This document shows, piece after piece, positions 18,922-28,359 of a DNA stretch of 64,000 nucleotides. The notes beneath the pieces were generated by a model. The model did not search any database. It was given only the letters and a program-made list of their open reading frames with translations, and was not told the origin of the DNA. How positions within the stretch are numbered: position 1 is the stretch's first letter; each line of letters opens with the position of its first letter. Both the position numbers and the translations under genes were made by a program. Location: NCBI GenBank assembly GCA_965227515.1, contig CBDDFZ010000001.1, positions 1,696,001 to 1,760,000 on the forward strand. Reading direction: 5' to 3'. This DNA is from Alphaproteobacteria bacterium. Its GTDB lineage: Bacteria > Pseudomonadota > Alphaproteobacteria > CALKHQ01.

Positions 18922-20316
18922 ATGGCTGATTCCGCCACCGCCCGTGACGATGAGGCCGTGGACGAGGCCGCCAGCCACTTCGGACTGGGCGACGCCGACA
19001 TCCGTGAAGTCGTCGAGGCGATCGACCAGAAGCGCTTCGACCAGGTGGCCGAAAAGGCGGCCTCACTGCATGGCGCCGACCTTGCCGACCTGATCGAACA
19101 GGTCGGTGGCGAGCGCCGCGCGCTGCTGGTCAAAACGCTTCGCTCCCCGATCGATCCCGACCTGCTGTCGCACCTGGACGGCGACATCCGCGAGACCGTG
19201 ATGGGCCTGCTGCGGCCGGCGGACCTTGCCGCGGCCCTCAGCGAGATGGAGAGCGACGACGCTCTCGAACTGATCGAGGACCTGGACGACGAGCAGCAGG
19301 CCGCCATCCTGGAAAAGCTGCCGGCGCCGGACCGCGCCATCGTCGAGCAGGGGCTGGCCTACCCCGAGGACAGCGCCGGGCGCCTGATGCAGCGCGAGTT
19401 CGTGATGGTGCCGATGTACTGGACCGTCGGCGAGACCATCGACCATCTGCGCGCCACCAAGGACCTGCCCGACGACTTCTTCGACATTTTCGTCGTCGAC
19501 CCGCGCCTGAAGCTGGTGGGCATCGCGCCGCTCAGCCGCCTGATGCGCAACCGCCGCCCGACCAAGGTCGCCGACCTGATGACCGAGGAGGTGCGCCGCA
19601 TCCCGGCCGAGATGGATCGCGAGGACGTGGCCTACATCTTCCGCCAATACGGGTTGGTCGACGCCCCGGTGGTGGACGACGACGGCCGGCTGCTGGGCGT
19701 GGTGACGGTGGACGACGTGGTCCACGTGCTGGGCGAGGAAACCGAAGAGGACATGCTGAAGCTGGCCGGCGTGCAGGAGTCCGACCTGTTCAACGCCGCG
19801 CTGAAGACGGCGCGCACCCGCTTCACCTGGCTGTTCATCAATCTGATCACCGCGATCCTGGCGTCCGCGGTCATTGCGCTGTTCGAGGCGACCATCCAGC
19901 AAATCGTGGCGCTGGCGGTGCTGATGCCAATCGTGGCGTCGATGGGCGGCAACGCCGGCACCCAGACGCTGACGGTCGCGGTGCGCGCGTTGGCGACCAA
20001 GGACCTGTCGTCCGCCAATGCGGCGCGTGTCATCGGCAAGGAACTACTGGTCGGCCTGCTGAACGGCATCGTGTTCGCCGTGCTGACGGGCGTTGCCGCC
20101 TATCTGTGGCTGTCGTCATGGGAAATCGGCACCATCATCGCCTGTGCCATGGTCTTCAACCTGGTGGTGGCGGCATTCTTCGGCGCGTTCATTCCGATTA
20201 TCCTGGAGCGCGTCGGCGTGGATCCGGCGGTGGCGTCCAGCGTGCTGCTGACCACGGTGACCGACATCGTGGGCTTCCTGGCCTTCCTGGGTCTGGCCGC
20301 GGTCTTCCTGCTCTAG
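18922..20316 (+). CDS. mgtE: Magnesium transporter MgtE
   Basis: Acidic N-domain, YPEDSAGRLM CBS pair, MGGNAGTQ, DPAVASSVLLTTVTD. Confidence 0.95.
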   Translation: MADSATARDDEAVDEAASHFGLGDADIREVVEAIDQKRFDQVAEKAASLHGADLADLIEQVGGERRALLVKTLRSPIDPDLLSHLDGDIRETVMGLLRPADLAAALSEMESDDALELIEDLDDEQQAAILEKLPAPDRAIVEQGLAYPEDSAGRLMQREFVMVPMYWTVGETIDHLRATKDLPDDFFDIFVVDPRLKLVGIAPLSRLMRNRRPTKVADLMTEEVRRIPAEMDREDVAYIFRQYGLVDAPVVDDDGRLLGVVTVDDVVHVLGEETEEDMLKLAGVQESDLFNAALKTARTRFTWLFINLITAILASAVIALFEATIQQIVALAVLMPIVASMGGNAGTQTLTVAVRALATKDLSSANAARVIGKELLVGLLNGIVFAVLTGVAAYLWLSSWEIGTIIACAMVFNLVVAAFFGAFIPIILERVGVDPAVASSVLLTTVTDIVGFLAFLGLAAVFLL

Positions 20317-20556
20317 CCACCCACCCGTCGCCGCTTCCGGTCGGGCATTTGCATTTTGCAAAAGCCGTTTTCATGACAGATCGTTAATTTTCGCATTTTG
20401 CAATCGAACCGGCGGTTCGTCGTGCAAAGTGCGATGATACGCCGGCTGCCGAAGCCGCGCCGACGATGTGCCGATCTCGGCTATCCTACGGAAATTTCAC
20501 ATTTTTTTCGGCGGACGTCGGGACGTTCGCCGGGGTCGCCGCCGTTCCAGTGTCAA

Positions 20557-20572
20557 TGGCACGCGCCTTGCG
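20557..20572 (+). promoter_or_regulatory. Sigma-54 (-24/-12) promoter
   Basis: TGGCACGCGCCTTGCG matches TGGCAC-N5-TTGC with exact spacing; AT-rich tracts lie upstream in a 500-bp intergenic region. Confidence 0.65.
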
Positions 20573-20823
20573 CATGTCCCTGCAATCGTTGTCATCGCCG
20601 CATTAGGCTCGATGCAACGATCAACGGAGGCAGCATTGGCAAATCGTACGAACGTTTCGTCGCATGCCCTGTCGGCTGTTCGCCCTCGGCGATCCACGAG
20701 GGCGCTTCGGCCGTATGACAACACACGGCAGCGACCAACGATCCGCGATGACGCGTACTCATCCGTTGGCGGCATGACCGCATCCCCCCGAACGCAGGTG
20801 CAGCCGGAAGGAATTTTCCAACC

Positions 20824-21354
20824 ATGCGACAGGTAGCTTCGAGCAATGATGCTCCCCACACACCGCAAGTCATACGTTTTCCCGAGAAGCCGGGCGCCCA
20901 TGTTTCCGAAAGGGTTATGTTGGTCGTTTATGCATTCGACTGTTACGGGCGCGTGATCTGTACCCAGCGGATCGGCACCGGCGACCAGGGGCCGCGCTTC
21001 GCGCTGCCGCACACCGTGGTCGGCGGTCATGAGACGCTGACCCTTGCCGCGCGGCGGCTGTTGCTGGACAGCACCGGTTTCGCGGCACCCGACTGGACCA
21101 GCCTTGGCGCGGTCGCGCTGTCGGGGCGCGAACAGCCGGACCGGGCCCACATCATGGTGGCATCGAACGCCGGCACGCTGCGGGAGCGTAGCGACGACGA
21201 TGACAATGGCGACGTGGCCCTGATGACGCCGAACGAACTGCGCGCGGAATCGCTCAGCGGACGGGTGACCGCGGAGGCCGATATCGTCGCGGTGGAACTG
21301 GTGGAGGCGATGCTGTCGCTGTCGCGCTCGCTGGACAGCGACCTGGACGACTAG
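20824..21354 (+). CDS. Degenerate NUDIX-fold protein
   Basis: ADP-ribose pyrophosphatase-like layout, but the Nudix box reads GHETLTLAARRLLLDSTGF and lacks the catalytic Glu residues. Confidence 0.6.
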   Translation: MRQVASSNDAPHTPQVIRFPEKPGAHVSERVMLVVYAFDCYGRVICTQRIGTGDQGPRFALPHTVVGGHETLTLAARRLLLDSTGFAAPDWTSLGAVALSGREQPDRAHIMVASNAGTLRERSDDDDNGDVALMTPNELRAESLSGRVTAEADIVAVELVEAMLSLSRSLDSDLDD

Positions 21355-21415
21355 TGGTAGGGCAACACCGCCTGTCCCCAACCCAGCGCTTGGCTCGAAC
21401 TGCTAATCCCTTGCC

Positions 21416-21540
21416 GTCATTGCGAGGAGCGCCGTCCATCGCTTGGATGGGAGGCGCGACGCGGCAATCCAGATGGACATGCGGCAACCTCACGCCCAGC
21501 GCCTGGATCGCCACGCCGGCGTGCGCCGGCTCGCGATGAC
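21416..21540. repeat. Palindromic repeat (GTCATTGCGAG...CTCGCGATGAC family)
   Basis: Terminal inverted ends plus internal hairpins (GGCAATCCAG pairing with CTGGATCGCC), between convergent genes. Confidence 0.7.
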
Positions 21541-21579
21541 GCCAGAATATTGTGGTAGTTGGGCGCGTGTGCCCCCAGC

Positions 21580-23223
21580 TCAATCCAACGTGCGGGCGCG
21601 CTCGCGCAGGACGAACTTCTGGATCTTGCCGGTCGAGGTCTTCGGCAACGGGCCGAACACCACGTGCCTGGGCACCTTGAATCCAGCCAACCCGGCACGG
21701 CAGTGCGCGATGACGTCGTCGGCGCCCAGCGCGCCCTCCGCCGTCAGGGTCACGAACGCGCACGGCACTTCGCCCCATTTCTCGTCGGGCCGCGCGACCA
21801 CGGCTGCCTCCATGATGGCGGGGTGGCGGTAGAGCACGTCCTCCACCTCCAGGGTCGAGATGTTCTCGCCGCCCGAGATGATGATGTCCTTCAGCCGATC
21901 CTTCACCTCGACATAGCCGTCGGTGTGCCACACCGCGAGATCGCCGGAGCGGTACCAGCCGCTGCCCATGGCGGCCGCGGTGGCCGTGGGGTTGTCCAGA
22001 TAGCCCTTCATCACGGTGTTGCCCCGGTACATGACCTCGCCGATGGTCTCGCCGTCGCGGGGCACGGCCAGGCCGGTGGCGGGGTCGGCGACGGTCAGGT
22101 CCTCCAGCATCGGATAGGGCACGCCCTGCTGCGCCATGCGCGCGTGACGCGCCTCCGCCGGGCCATCTTTCCATGCCTTCTGTGGCACGCACACCGTGGT
22201 CGGGCCATAGGCTTCGGTGGTGCCATAGAGATGCAGCACCTCGAAGCCGAGCCTCTCCATGGCCGCGATGATCGCCGAGGGCGGGGCCGCACCGCCGGTG
22301 GCGCACAACACGCGGCCGGGCAGAGCGAGCCGCGCCTCTTCCGGCGCGTGAACCAGCAGGTTGAGCACGATGGGCGCCCCGCACATATGGGTGACGCCAT
22401 GGGCGGCGATCTGCCGGAACACGGCCGCCGGCTCCACCTTGCGCAGGCAGACGTGGGTGCCGCCGACCACGGTGACCGCCCAGGTGAAGGTCCAGCCGCT
22501 GCAATGGAACATCGGCAGCGTCCACAGATAGACGCTGTCCTGGTTCAGCCCGAGGGTCAGCGCGTTGCCCATCGCCGCGAGATAGGCGCCGCGATGGCTG
22601 TAGACCACGCCCTTCGGGTCGCCGGTGGTGCCCGAGGTGTAGAGCAGGCAGAGCGAGTCCCACTCGTCCGCCGGGCCGGGCGGCGCGAAGGCCGGGTCGC
22701 CCCCGTCCAGCAGCTCCTCGTAGTCGAGCGCGCCGGCACTTGGCGGCAGCTCGACGTCAGGGTCCGCGATGCCGACGATGGGAATCGGCGTGGTCATGTC
22801 GGCGGTTGCCGCGCGCACGGTATCGGCGAATTCGTCGTCGGCCAGCAACAGCTTGGCCCGCCCGTGGCCCAGGATGAAGCCGACGGTGGCGGCGTCCAGC
22901 CGGGTGTTGATCGGGTTCAGCACCGCGCCCAGCATCGGCACCGCGTAGTGCGCCTCCAGCATCGCCGGCACGTTGGCGGCCATGATCGCGACCGTGTCGC
23001 CACGGCCGATGCCGCGCTTGGCGAGCGCCGAGGCCAGCCGCACGCAGCGCTGGTGGAAGGTGCGGTAGTCGAAGCGCCGGCTGCCGTGGATCACCGCCGT
23101 GCGGTCGCCGAAGAAGCGGGCCGCGCGCACCAGATACGACACCGGCGTCATCGGCACGAAGTTGGCGGCCGAGCGCACCAGCCCGTCGGGTGGCACCTCG
23201 AATGTGGGGTCGGGGGTGGTCAT
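21580..23223 (-). CDS. Acyl-CoA synthetase (LvaE-like)
   Basis: YTSGTTGDPKG, PMFHCSGW, YGTTE, SGDLA, DRLKDIIISGGENI, PKTSTGKIQK. Confidence 0.92.
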   Translation of the reverse strand: MTTPDPTFEVPPDGLVRSAANFVPMTPVSYLVRAARFFGDRTAVIHGSRRFDYRTFHQRCVRLASALAKRGIGRGDTVAIMAANVPAMLEAHYAVPMLGAVLNPINTRLDAATVGFILGHGRAKLLLADDEFADTVRAATADMTTPIPIVGIADPDVELPPSAGALDYEELLDGGDPAFAPPGPADEWDSLCLLYTSGTTGDPKGVVYSHRGAYLAAMGNALTLGLNQDSVYLWTLPMFHCSGWTFTWAVTVVGGTHVCLRKVEPAAVFRQIAAHGVTHMCGAPIVLNLLVHAPEEARLALPGRVLCATGGAAPPSAIIAAMERLGFEVLHLYGTTEAYGPTTVCVPQKAWKDGPAEARHARMAQQGVPYPMLEDLTVADPATGLAVPRDGETIGEVMYRGNTVMKGYLDNPTATAAAMGSGWYRSGDLAVWHTDGYVEVKDRLKDIIISGGENISTLEVEDVLYRHPAIMEAAVVARPDEKWGEVPCAFVTLTAEGALGADDVIAHCRAGLAGFKVPRHVVFGPLPKTSTGKIQKFVLRERARTLD

Positions 23224-23579
23224 GGCTTTGTCGGGCCGCGCCGCGCCAGATAGCGCGGGTTGGTCACCGACAGGGTTGCCTCCAGGTGCGCGCGCAGCGC
23301 CTTGCCGAGGCCGGGCGTCGTGGTTTCGGTGAGCGTGCCGTCGCGCAGCGCTGCCGCCAGCCCGTCGATGTCGGGCGGCGCATCGCTTCCGCAAGCGGCC
23401 AGGAGCGTGCGGTCGGCGGCCGCGGCGTCATGCTGCATCGCCCGCGCGGCGATGCCGAGCGCGTTGCCGATCATCGCGCCGGTGTAGCGCTGGTCCTTGG
23501 CCAGCGCCGGCTGGACGGAGTCCGCGAACGCGGCCCGCGCGCCCTCCAGCAGGTCGATCAGGTCGGTGTTACTGGCCAT
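23220..23579 (-). CDS. Small LvaB/DUF6285-like protein
   Basis: Coupled downstream of the APH-family kinase. YTGAMIGNALGIAAR and LSVTNPRY segments. Confidence 0.7.
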   Translation of the reverse strand: MASNTDLIDLLEGARAAFADSVQPALAKDQRYTGAMIGNALGIAARAMQHDAAAADRTLLAACGSDAPPDIDGLAAALRDGTLTETTTPGLGKALRAHLEATLSVTNPRYLARRGPTKP

Positions 23580-24648
23580 GACCCCAGGATGCCACATAGT
23601 CCTCGATGCCCACGAGCGCTTCGTGGGTCAGTTCCGGCGCCATCATGCCGGTCAGCGCCAGCTCCAGCCGGTTGGCCGGATCGCCGGCGGCACGCGCTCC
23701 CTGTTGCAGCGCAATCACCGCCCAGCGCACCGCGGCCATGATCTCCCAATAGGCGATGGCGCGGTCGTCGATAGGGCGCGGGTCGACCGACTGGTAGCCG
23801 TCGTAGAACGCCTGGCGGGGGGCGATGCCGCCGGCCTCGCGCTCGACCGCGCCGAAGCGCCAGCACGCGGCGCAGAACCAGGCGATGTCCTCGTGGCGGT
23901 CGCTCCAGCCGGCGAATTCCCAATCCAGCACGGCGGTCAGGCGGCCGTCCCCTTCTACGTCCACCATGTAGTTGCCGGTGCGGTAGTCGCAGTGGCAAAG
24001 CACCAGCGCCTGGTCGGCGGGAGCGTGCGCCGCCAGCCACGTCAGCGCGTATTCCAGTGCGGGCTCGGTGGCGCCGATCTCGTCGAGATAGCGGCGGTAC
24101 TGCGCCACGCGATGGTCGCTCGGCCGCTGGTCGGGCACCGGCAGGAAGTCCAGGTCGCGCGTGTCGCCCGGCAAAATCCTGTGCAGCAGGGCCAGTTCGC
24201 GGCCGAGCTGATGGGCCACCGCCGGGCCGAAGGACTCGACCGCCGGATCGCGCACCACGCGGCGCGCCTGGGCGACGCCGGCCACATGCTGCATGACGAA
24301 GAACGGCGCGCCGATGGGGCCGTTGTCCTCGCACAGCGCGATCGGCTCGGCGACGGTCATGCCGACACGCTGCCCGGTGCGCAGCAGGGCGAACTCCTGC
24401 GCGCGCCCGTGGCTGGTGGCCACACCACTGGCGGAGTCGGTGCGCAGCACCCAGCGGTGGGTGCCGGCGCGCGGCCCGCCCGCGACCTCGGCCTCGACCG
24501 ACCAGTTCTCCTGGATCGCGCCGCCGCTCAGCAATTGCGGGTTCGACAGCGTGACACTGTCGGCGCCGATCAGCGGCGCCAGTGCCGCGCCGGCCCGCGC
24601 CAGCCGCTCGCCCCGCAGCCGGCCCCCGTCGGCGGTCTCAGGCGCCAT
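23569..24648 (-). CDS. APH-family phosphotransferase (LvaA / ACAD10-11 kinase-like)
   Basis: LSGGAIQENW, VLRTD, HCDYRTGN, LDWEFAGW, EDIAWFCAACWRFG. Confidence 0.88.
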   Translation of the reverse strand: MAPETADGGRLRGERLARAGAALAPLIGADSVTLSNPQLLSGGAIQENWSVEAEVAGGPRAGTHRWVLRTDSASGVATSHGRAQEFALLRTGQRVGMTVAEPIALCEDNGPIGAPFFVMQHVAGVAQARRVVRDPAVESFGPAVAHQLGRELALLHRILPGDTRDLDFLPVPDQRPSDHRVAQYRRYLDEIGATEPALEYALTWLAAHAPADQALVLCHCDYRTGNYMVDVEGDGRLTAVLDWEFAGWSDRHEDIAWFCAACWRFGAVEREAGGIAPRQAFYDGYQSVDPRPIDDRAIAYWEIMAAVRWAVIALQQGARAAGDPANRLELALTGMMAPELTHEALVGIEDYVASWGHGQ

Positions 24649-25846
24649 CGGCGCCCCAGCGCCAGAACCCGTCGCCGGCCTCGGCGTAGCGCTTTGCCAA
24701 CACCATGCGGTGGACCTCGTCGGCGCCGTCGACCAGCCGCGCCTGGCGGGCGTAGCGGTAGATCCATTCCAGCACCGTGTCCTTGGAATAGCCGCGCGCG
24801 CCGTTGAGCTGGATCGCGGTATCCGCCGCCCGGTGCAGGGTGTTGGCGACGTGCACCTTGGCCATGGAGACTTCGGCGCGCGCCCGGTCGCCCTGGTCCA
24901 GCAGCCAGGCCGCGTGCATCACCGACAACCGCCCGATCTGGATGTCGTGGGCGACCGCGCCCATCAGCAGTTGCACCGACTCCCGGTCGGCGAGCTTGAC
25001 CCCGAACCCCTCGCGCTCGGACGTGTACGCGGCGGCGATCTCCATGCAGCGCTTGGCGAGCCCCAGCCAGCGCATACAGTGGGTGAGGCGGGCGGTGCCG
25101 AGCCGGATCTGGGTCAGCTTCAGACCGTCGCCGACCTCCATCAGCCGGTTCTCGTCGGGGATGACCAGGCCGTCGAAGCGCAGCTCGCAGTGGCCGCCAT
25201 GCTCCTCCGGCCCCATGATCGGGATGCGGCGCTCGATGCGCCAGCCCGGCTGGTCCTTGTCGAACAGGAACGCGGTCAGCCCGCGGCGCGGGTCGTCGCT
25301 GGTGCGCGCGATCAGGATGAAATGGCTGGCCACGCCGGCCCCGGTGATGAACCACTTGTGGCCGTTGACCACCCAATTGTCGCCGTCGCGGGTCGCGGTG
25401 GTGCGGATCATCGTCGGGTCCGAACCGCCGCCGGGGTGCGGCTCGGTCATCGCGAAGGCGGAGCGGACGGTGCCGTCGACGATGGGCTGCAGCCAGCGCG
25501 TCTTCTGGGCGTCGGTCGCCACCTTCTCCAGCACCGTCATGTTGCCGTCGTCGGGGGCGGCGCAATTGAAGCAGACCGGGCCGAAGATCGAGCGGTTGGC
25601 CTCCTCGTACATCACCGCGCGGCCGACCACGCCAAGCCCCATGCCACCGCGCGCGGGCGGCATCTGCGGCGACCACAGGCCGGCTTCCTTCACCTGGGCC
25701 TGCACGACGGCCAGCAGGTCGGGGCGGATGTTCTGGTGGTCGTCGTAGTTGGCCGCGTCGGCCTCTAGCGGCAGGATGTGCCGGTCGACGAAGGCACGGG
25801 TGCGCAGGCGCACGTCCTCTACTGCGGGGTCCAGCGCAAAGTCCAA
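24638..25846 (-). CDS. Acyl-CoA dehydrogenase (LvaC / ACAD11-like)
   Basis: NCAAPDDGNM, FAMTEP, NGHKWFITGA, ARLVDGADEVH. TTG start directly after the upstream stop. Confidence 0.92.
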   Translation of the reverse strand: MDFALDPAVEDVRLRTRAFVDRHILPLEADAANYDDHQNIRPDLLAVVQAQVKEAGLWSPQMPPARGGMGLGVVGRAVMYEEANRSIFGPVCFNCAAPDDGNMTVLEKVATDAQKTRWLQPIVDGTVRSAFAMTEPHPGGGSDPTMIRTTATRDGDNWVVNGHKWFITGAGVASHFILIARTSDDPRRGLTAFLFDKDQPGWRIERRIPIMGPEEHGGHCELRFDGLVIPDENRLMEVGDGLKLTQIRLGTARLTHCMRWLGLAKRCMEIAAAYTSEREGFGVKLADRESVQLLMGAVAHDIQIGRLSVMHAAWLLDQGDRARAEVSMAKVHVANTLHRAADTAIQLNGARGYSKDTVLEWIYRYARQARLVDGADEVHRMVLAKRYAEAGDGFWRWGADGA

Positions 25847-25848
25847 GG

Positions 25849-26820
25849 CTAGTGATCCTCCACGAGGTTTTCGGTCGGCGCGGCGCCGGAGGCGATCAAC
25901 AGCCCACCGGTCAGGGCATCGGCGCGCGGCGTGATCATGCGCGGCTGGATGGTCTCGGGCAACCAGGGCTGCACCGCCGCCGCCATGCCGCCGTGCAGTG
26001 CCGCCGGCCACGCGCCGGCCGGGTCCAGGATCGCGATCAGCCGGCCGATCTCGCGCCCGGCCGCCGCCAGCAGCACCCGCGCGGCGGGATCGCTGTCCCC
26101 GGTCTCCGCGACCATGCGCGCGATGGCGGCGAAATCGGCGGGCTGGGCGCGGGTCAGCCACTCGATGATGGCGACGTGATCGTCGCCGCAATGGGCGCGC
26201 ACCCGGCGCAGCAGGTCTGTATCGGGCGCATGGGCCATGCCGGCGGGCATGGCGTCGGCGTCCGCCGGTATCATCGGCGAGCCAGCGATGTCGTGGGCCA
26301 ACCGGCCCTCATCCACGGCGCGGATTGCCAACGACAGCGCGCGATACCCTGTCCAGGCCCCACCGCCTTCGTCGCCGATGGGAAAGCCCCAGCCGCCGGC
26401 CTGGTGGCAGCCGCCGGCCTCGTCCAGCGCCATGGCATTGCTGCCGGTGCCGACGACCACCAGCACGCCGGGCTTGCCCTCGTGGGCGCCGATCAGCGCG
26501 ATGTAGGCGTCTGAGACGATGTCGAGGCTGTGGGTGGGCGGCAGGGCGGCGATGAACTGCGCCCGCCGCTCCATGTTGCGATGGCCGGCCAGCGCGCAGA
26601 CGACGGCGGTGTCGGCCAGGGCGGTCTGGCCAAGCCCGGCGGTCGCGACAGCCTGCTCGGCCATCGATGTGACGGCGGCAATGGCGCCCTCGGCACTGAC
26701 GGTCAGGCTGGCCGGGCCGGCGGTCGCCTCGGCCAGCACGGTGCCGTCGCGATCGGCCAGCCGCGCGGTGGCGTGGCTCGCCCCGCCGTCCACCGCCAGC
26801 AGGAAGCGCGGTGCGCTCAT
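25849..26820 (-). CDS. BadF/BadG/BcrA/BcrD-type ASKHA kinase (N-acetylglucosamine kinase-like)
   Basis: LAVDGGAS, SDAYIALIGA, VGTGS, GGWGFPIGDEGGGAW. ATG overlaps the soeC stop. Confidence 0.85.
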   Translation of the reverse strand: MSAPRFLLAVDGGASHATARLADRDGTVLAEATAGPASLTVSAEGAIAAVTSMAEQAVATAGLGQTALADTAVVCALAGHRNMERRAQFIAALPPTHSLDIVSDAYIALIGAHEGKPGVLVVVGTGSNAMALDEAGGCHQAGGWGFPIGDEGGGAWTGYRALSLAIRAVDEGRLAHDIAGSPMIPADADAMPAGMAHAPDTDLLRRVRAHCGDDHVAIIEWLTRAQPADFAAIARMVAETGDSDPAARVLLAAAGREIGRLIAILDPAGAWPAALHGGMAAAVQPWLPETIQPRMITPRADALTGGLLIASGAAPTENLVEDH

Positions 26821-27746
26821 GCCCGGGCCTCGCCGTAGTAGAGCGTGACCGTGTGCTTGGCCTCGGCGAAGAACAGCCAGCGGCCGACCAGGGTGCCGGC
26901 CAGGGCGCTGGCGAATGCGAGCAGGCTGAGCACGGCACCGAGCCAGCGGTCGCCTGTCGCCAGCACGATCACGGCCAAGAGGGCGGGCACCGCCGCAGCG
27001 GCCAGTAAAGCGATGACGCGCAGGCGCGTGGCGTGCCGGCGCGCGATCCGGAAGCCCATCTCCTTCATCAGGTAGTTGGGCTCGGTGTGCGGCGGCTCCA
27101 GCATGCGGACCTTTCCGATGTAGCCAAGGCCGGTGGCGGTACCGCTGTCGCTGATCGACGCGGTGCGGTCCATCCGCCACCAATAGGCGATCTGGAGGCC
27201 GCTTGTCAGCGCGGCGGCCGCGAGTGCCTGCCATGCCATCCAGGGCAGGTACTGGCCGAACAGCAGGGCCAGCAGCAGATAGGCCTGCGCGCCGGTCAGC
27301 CAGGCATACGCGAGATACAGCGCCGGGGTGTAGGCGTTGTGCCAGTGCCGCACCGTCTTCAACGAGGCATAGATCATCGCCGTGCACAGCACGGTGACGA
27401 CCGCCAGAACGGCTGTGACCGTGCCCAGGGCGCCGCTGAACTCCTCGCGGAACACCCACAGCGCGCCCAGCACTACGGCCGGCAGGAACGTGACCAGGGC
27501 GGCCACGCCCTCGCGCGACAGCCACGACGACCGCCATTGGCTGAGCGCCCGCCAGGCCCGCTCCGGATGGCCGAGGTGAAAGGTGGAGGACACCAGCCCG
27601 GCTGCGGCCAGCCCCAACGCCAGCGTGAAGCCAACGAGCCCGCTGCCCCATTCCGGTGCCAGCAGCCCCAGCGACAGCAGGAACAACAGCCCGTAGCCGG
27701 CACCCGACAGCGTCGTGAACACGATGATGGAAAGGGCGGGGTGCAT
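26817..27746 (-). CDS. soeC: Sulfite dehydrogenase membrane anchor (DmsC family)
   Basis: MHPALSIIVFTT, HLGHPERAWRALSQWRSSWLSREG, PPHTEPNYLMKEMGF, RWLFFAEAKH. Confidence 0.88.
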   Translation of the reverse strand: MHPALSIIVFTTLSGAGYGLLFLLSLGLLAPEWGSGLVGFTLALGLAAAGLVSSTFHLGHPERAWRALSQWRSSWLSREGVAALVTFLPAVVLGALWVFREEFSGALGTVTAVLAVVTVLCTAMIYASLKTVRHWHNAYTPALYLAYAWLTGAQAYLLLALLFGQYLPWMAWQALAAAALTSGLQIAYWWRMDRTASISDSGTATGLGYIGKVRMLEPPHTEPNYLMKEMGFRIARRHATRLRVIALLAAAAVPALLAVIVLATGDRWLGAVLSLLAFASALAGTLVGRWLFFAEAKHTVTLYYGEARA

Positions 27747-27895
27747 TCGGGCGGAACAGCCGGTCGGTGGATTGGATACCCTTCCTAGCAAATTGGCGGG
27801 CGTTGGCGCGACTGCCGTGTCGGGCCTGAGGCAATGCGCCTGTTTACGCCCATCAAGGTCTTCCCCGCAGGCGCGCCATCGTACATGTTCATGAT

Positions 27896-28348
27896 ATGTA
27901 CACTCTGAAGCCCGGCATCAAGCGCGATCCCATGCGGCGCTGGGCGTTGCCCGACCGTGTCTTCTTCGGCCATGGCGCCTGCCATATTCTGGCCGGTGCC
28001 TATCTGGCGAGGCCGCCATTGCCCGGCTTTCGTGCCGAGCGGATCGTTCCGCGCGACGACTTGGCGGGGAACCATATCTACCTCACCGACGGCGACATCG
28101 CCTTCGACTATCACGGCTATTCCGTGCGCCGGCGTCTGCTCGACCATCATCGCAAGGGCTGGTCGGGCCGATATCCCGGCTGGGATTGCGCGATCGAGGA
28201 GGTCGATTTCGACCTGCTGTGCACCGCGGCGCTGAACGGCCGCAAGATGCTGGGACCGGATCAGTACCTGTTCGATCCGGTGCCGCGCGCCCACCGCTTC
28301 ATCGCCAGGATCGATCACACTCGCGCATCGAGTTGTGCGCAACGGTGA
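27896..28348 (+). CDS. Hypothetical protein, possible Cys-His-Asp papain/transglutaminase-like fold
   Basis: Host-like codon usage; GACHILA...NHIY...FDYHG. Confidence 0.65.
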   Translation: MYTLKPGIKRDPMRRWALPDRVFFGHGACHILAGAYLARPPLPGFRAERIVPRDDLAGNHIYLTDGDIAFDYHGYSVRRRLLDHHRKGWSGRYPGWDCAIEEVDFDLLCTAALNGRKMLGPDQYLFDPVPRAHRFIARIDHTRASSCAQR

Positions 28349-28359
28349 GCGCTCTCCAA

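Noticed and set aside
25849-27834. 661-aa ORF suggesting a fusion upstream of the BadF-type kinase
   Set aside because: The first half is an off-frame reading of soeC; the kinase starts at 26820.
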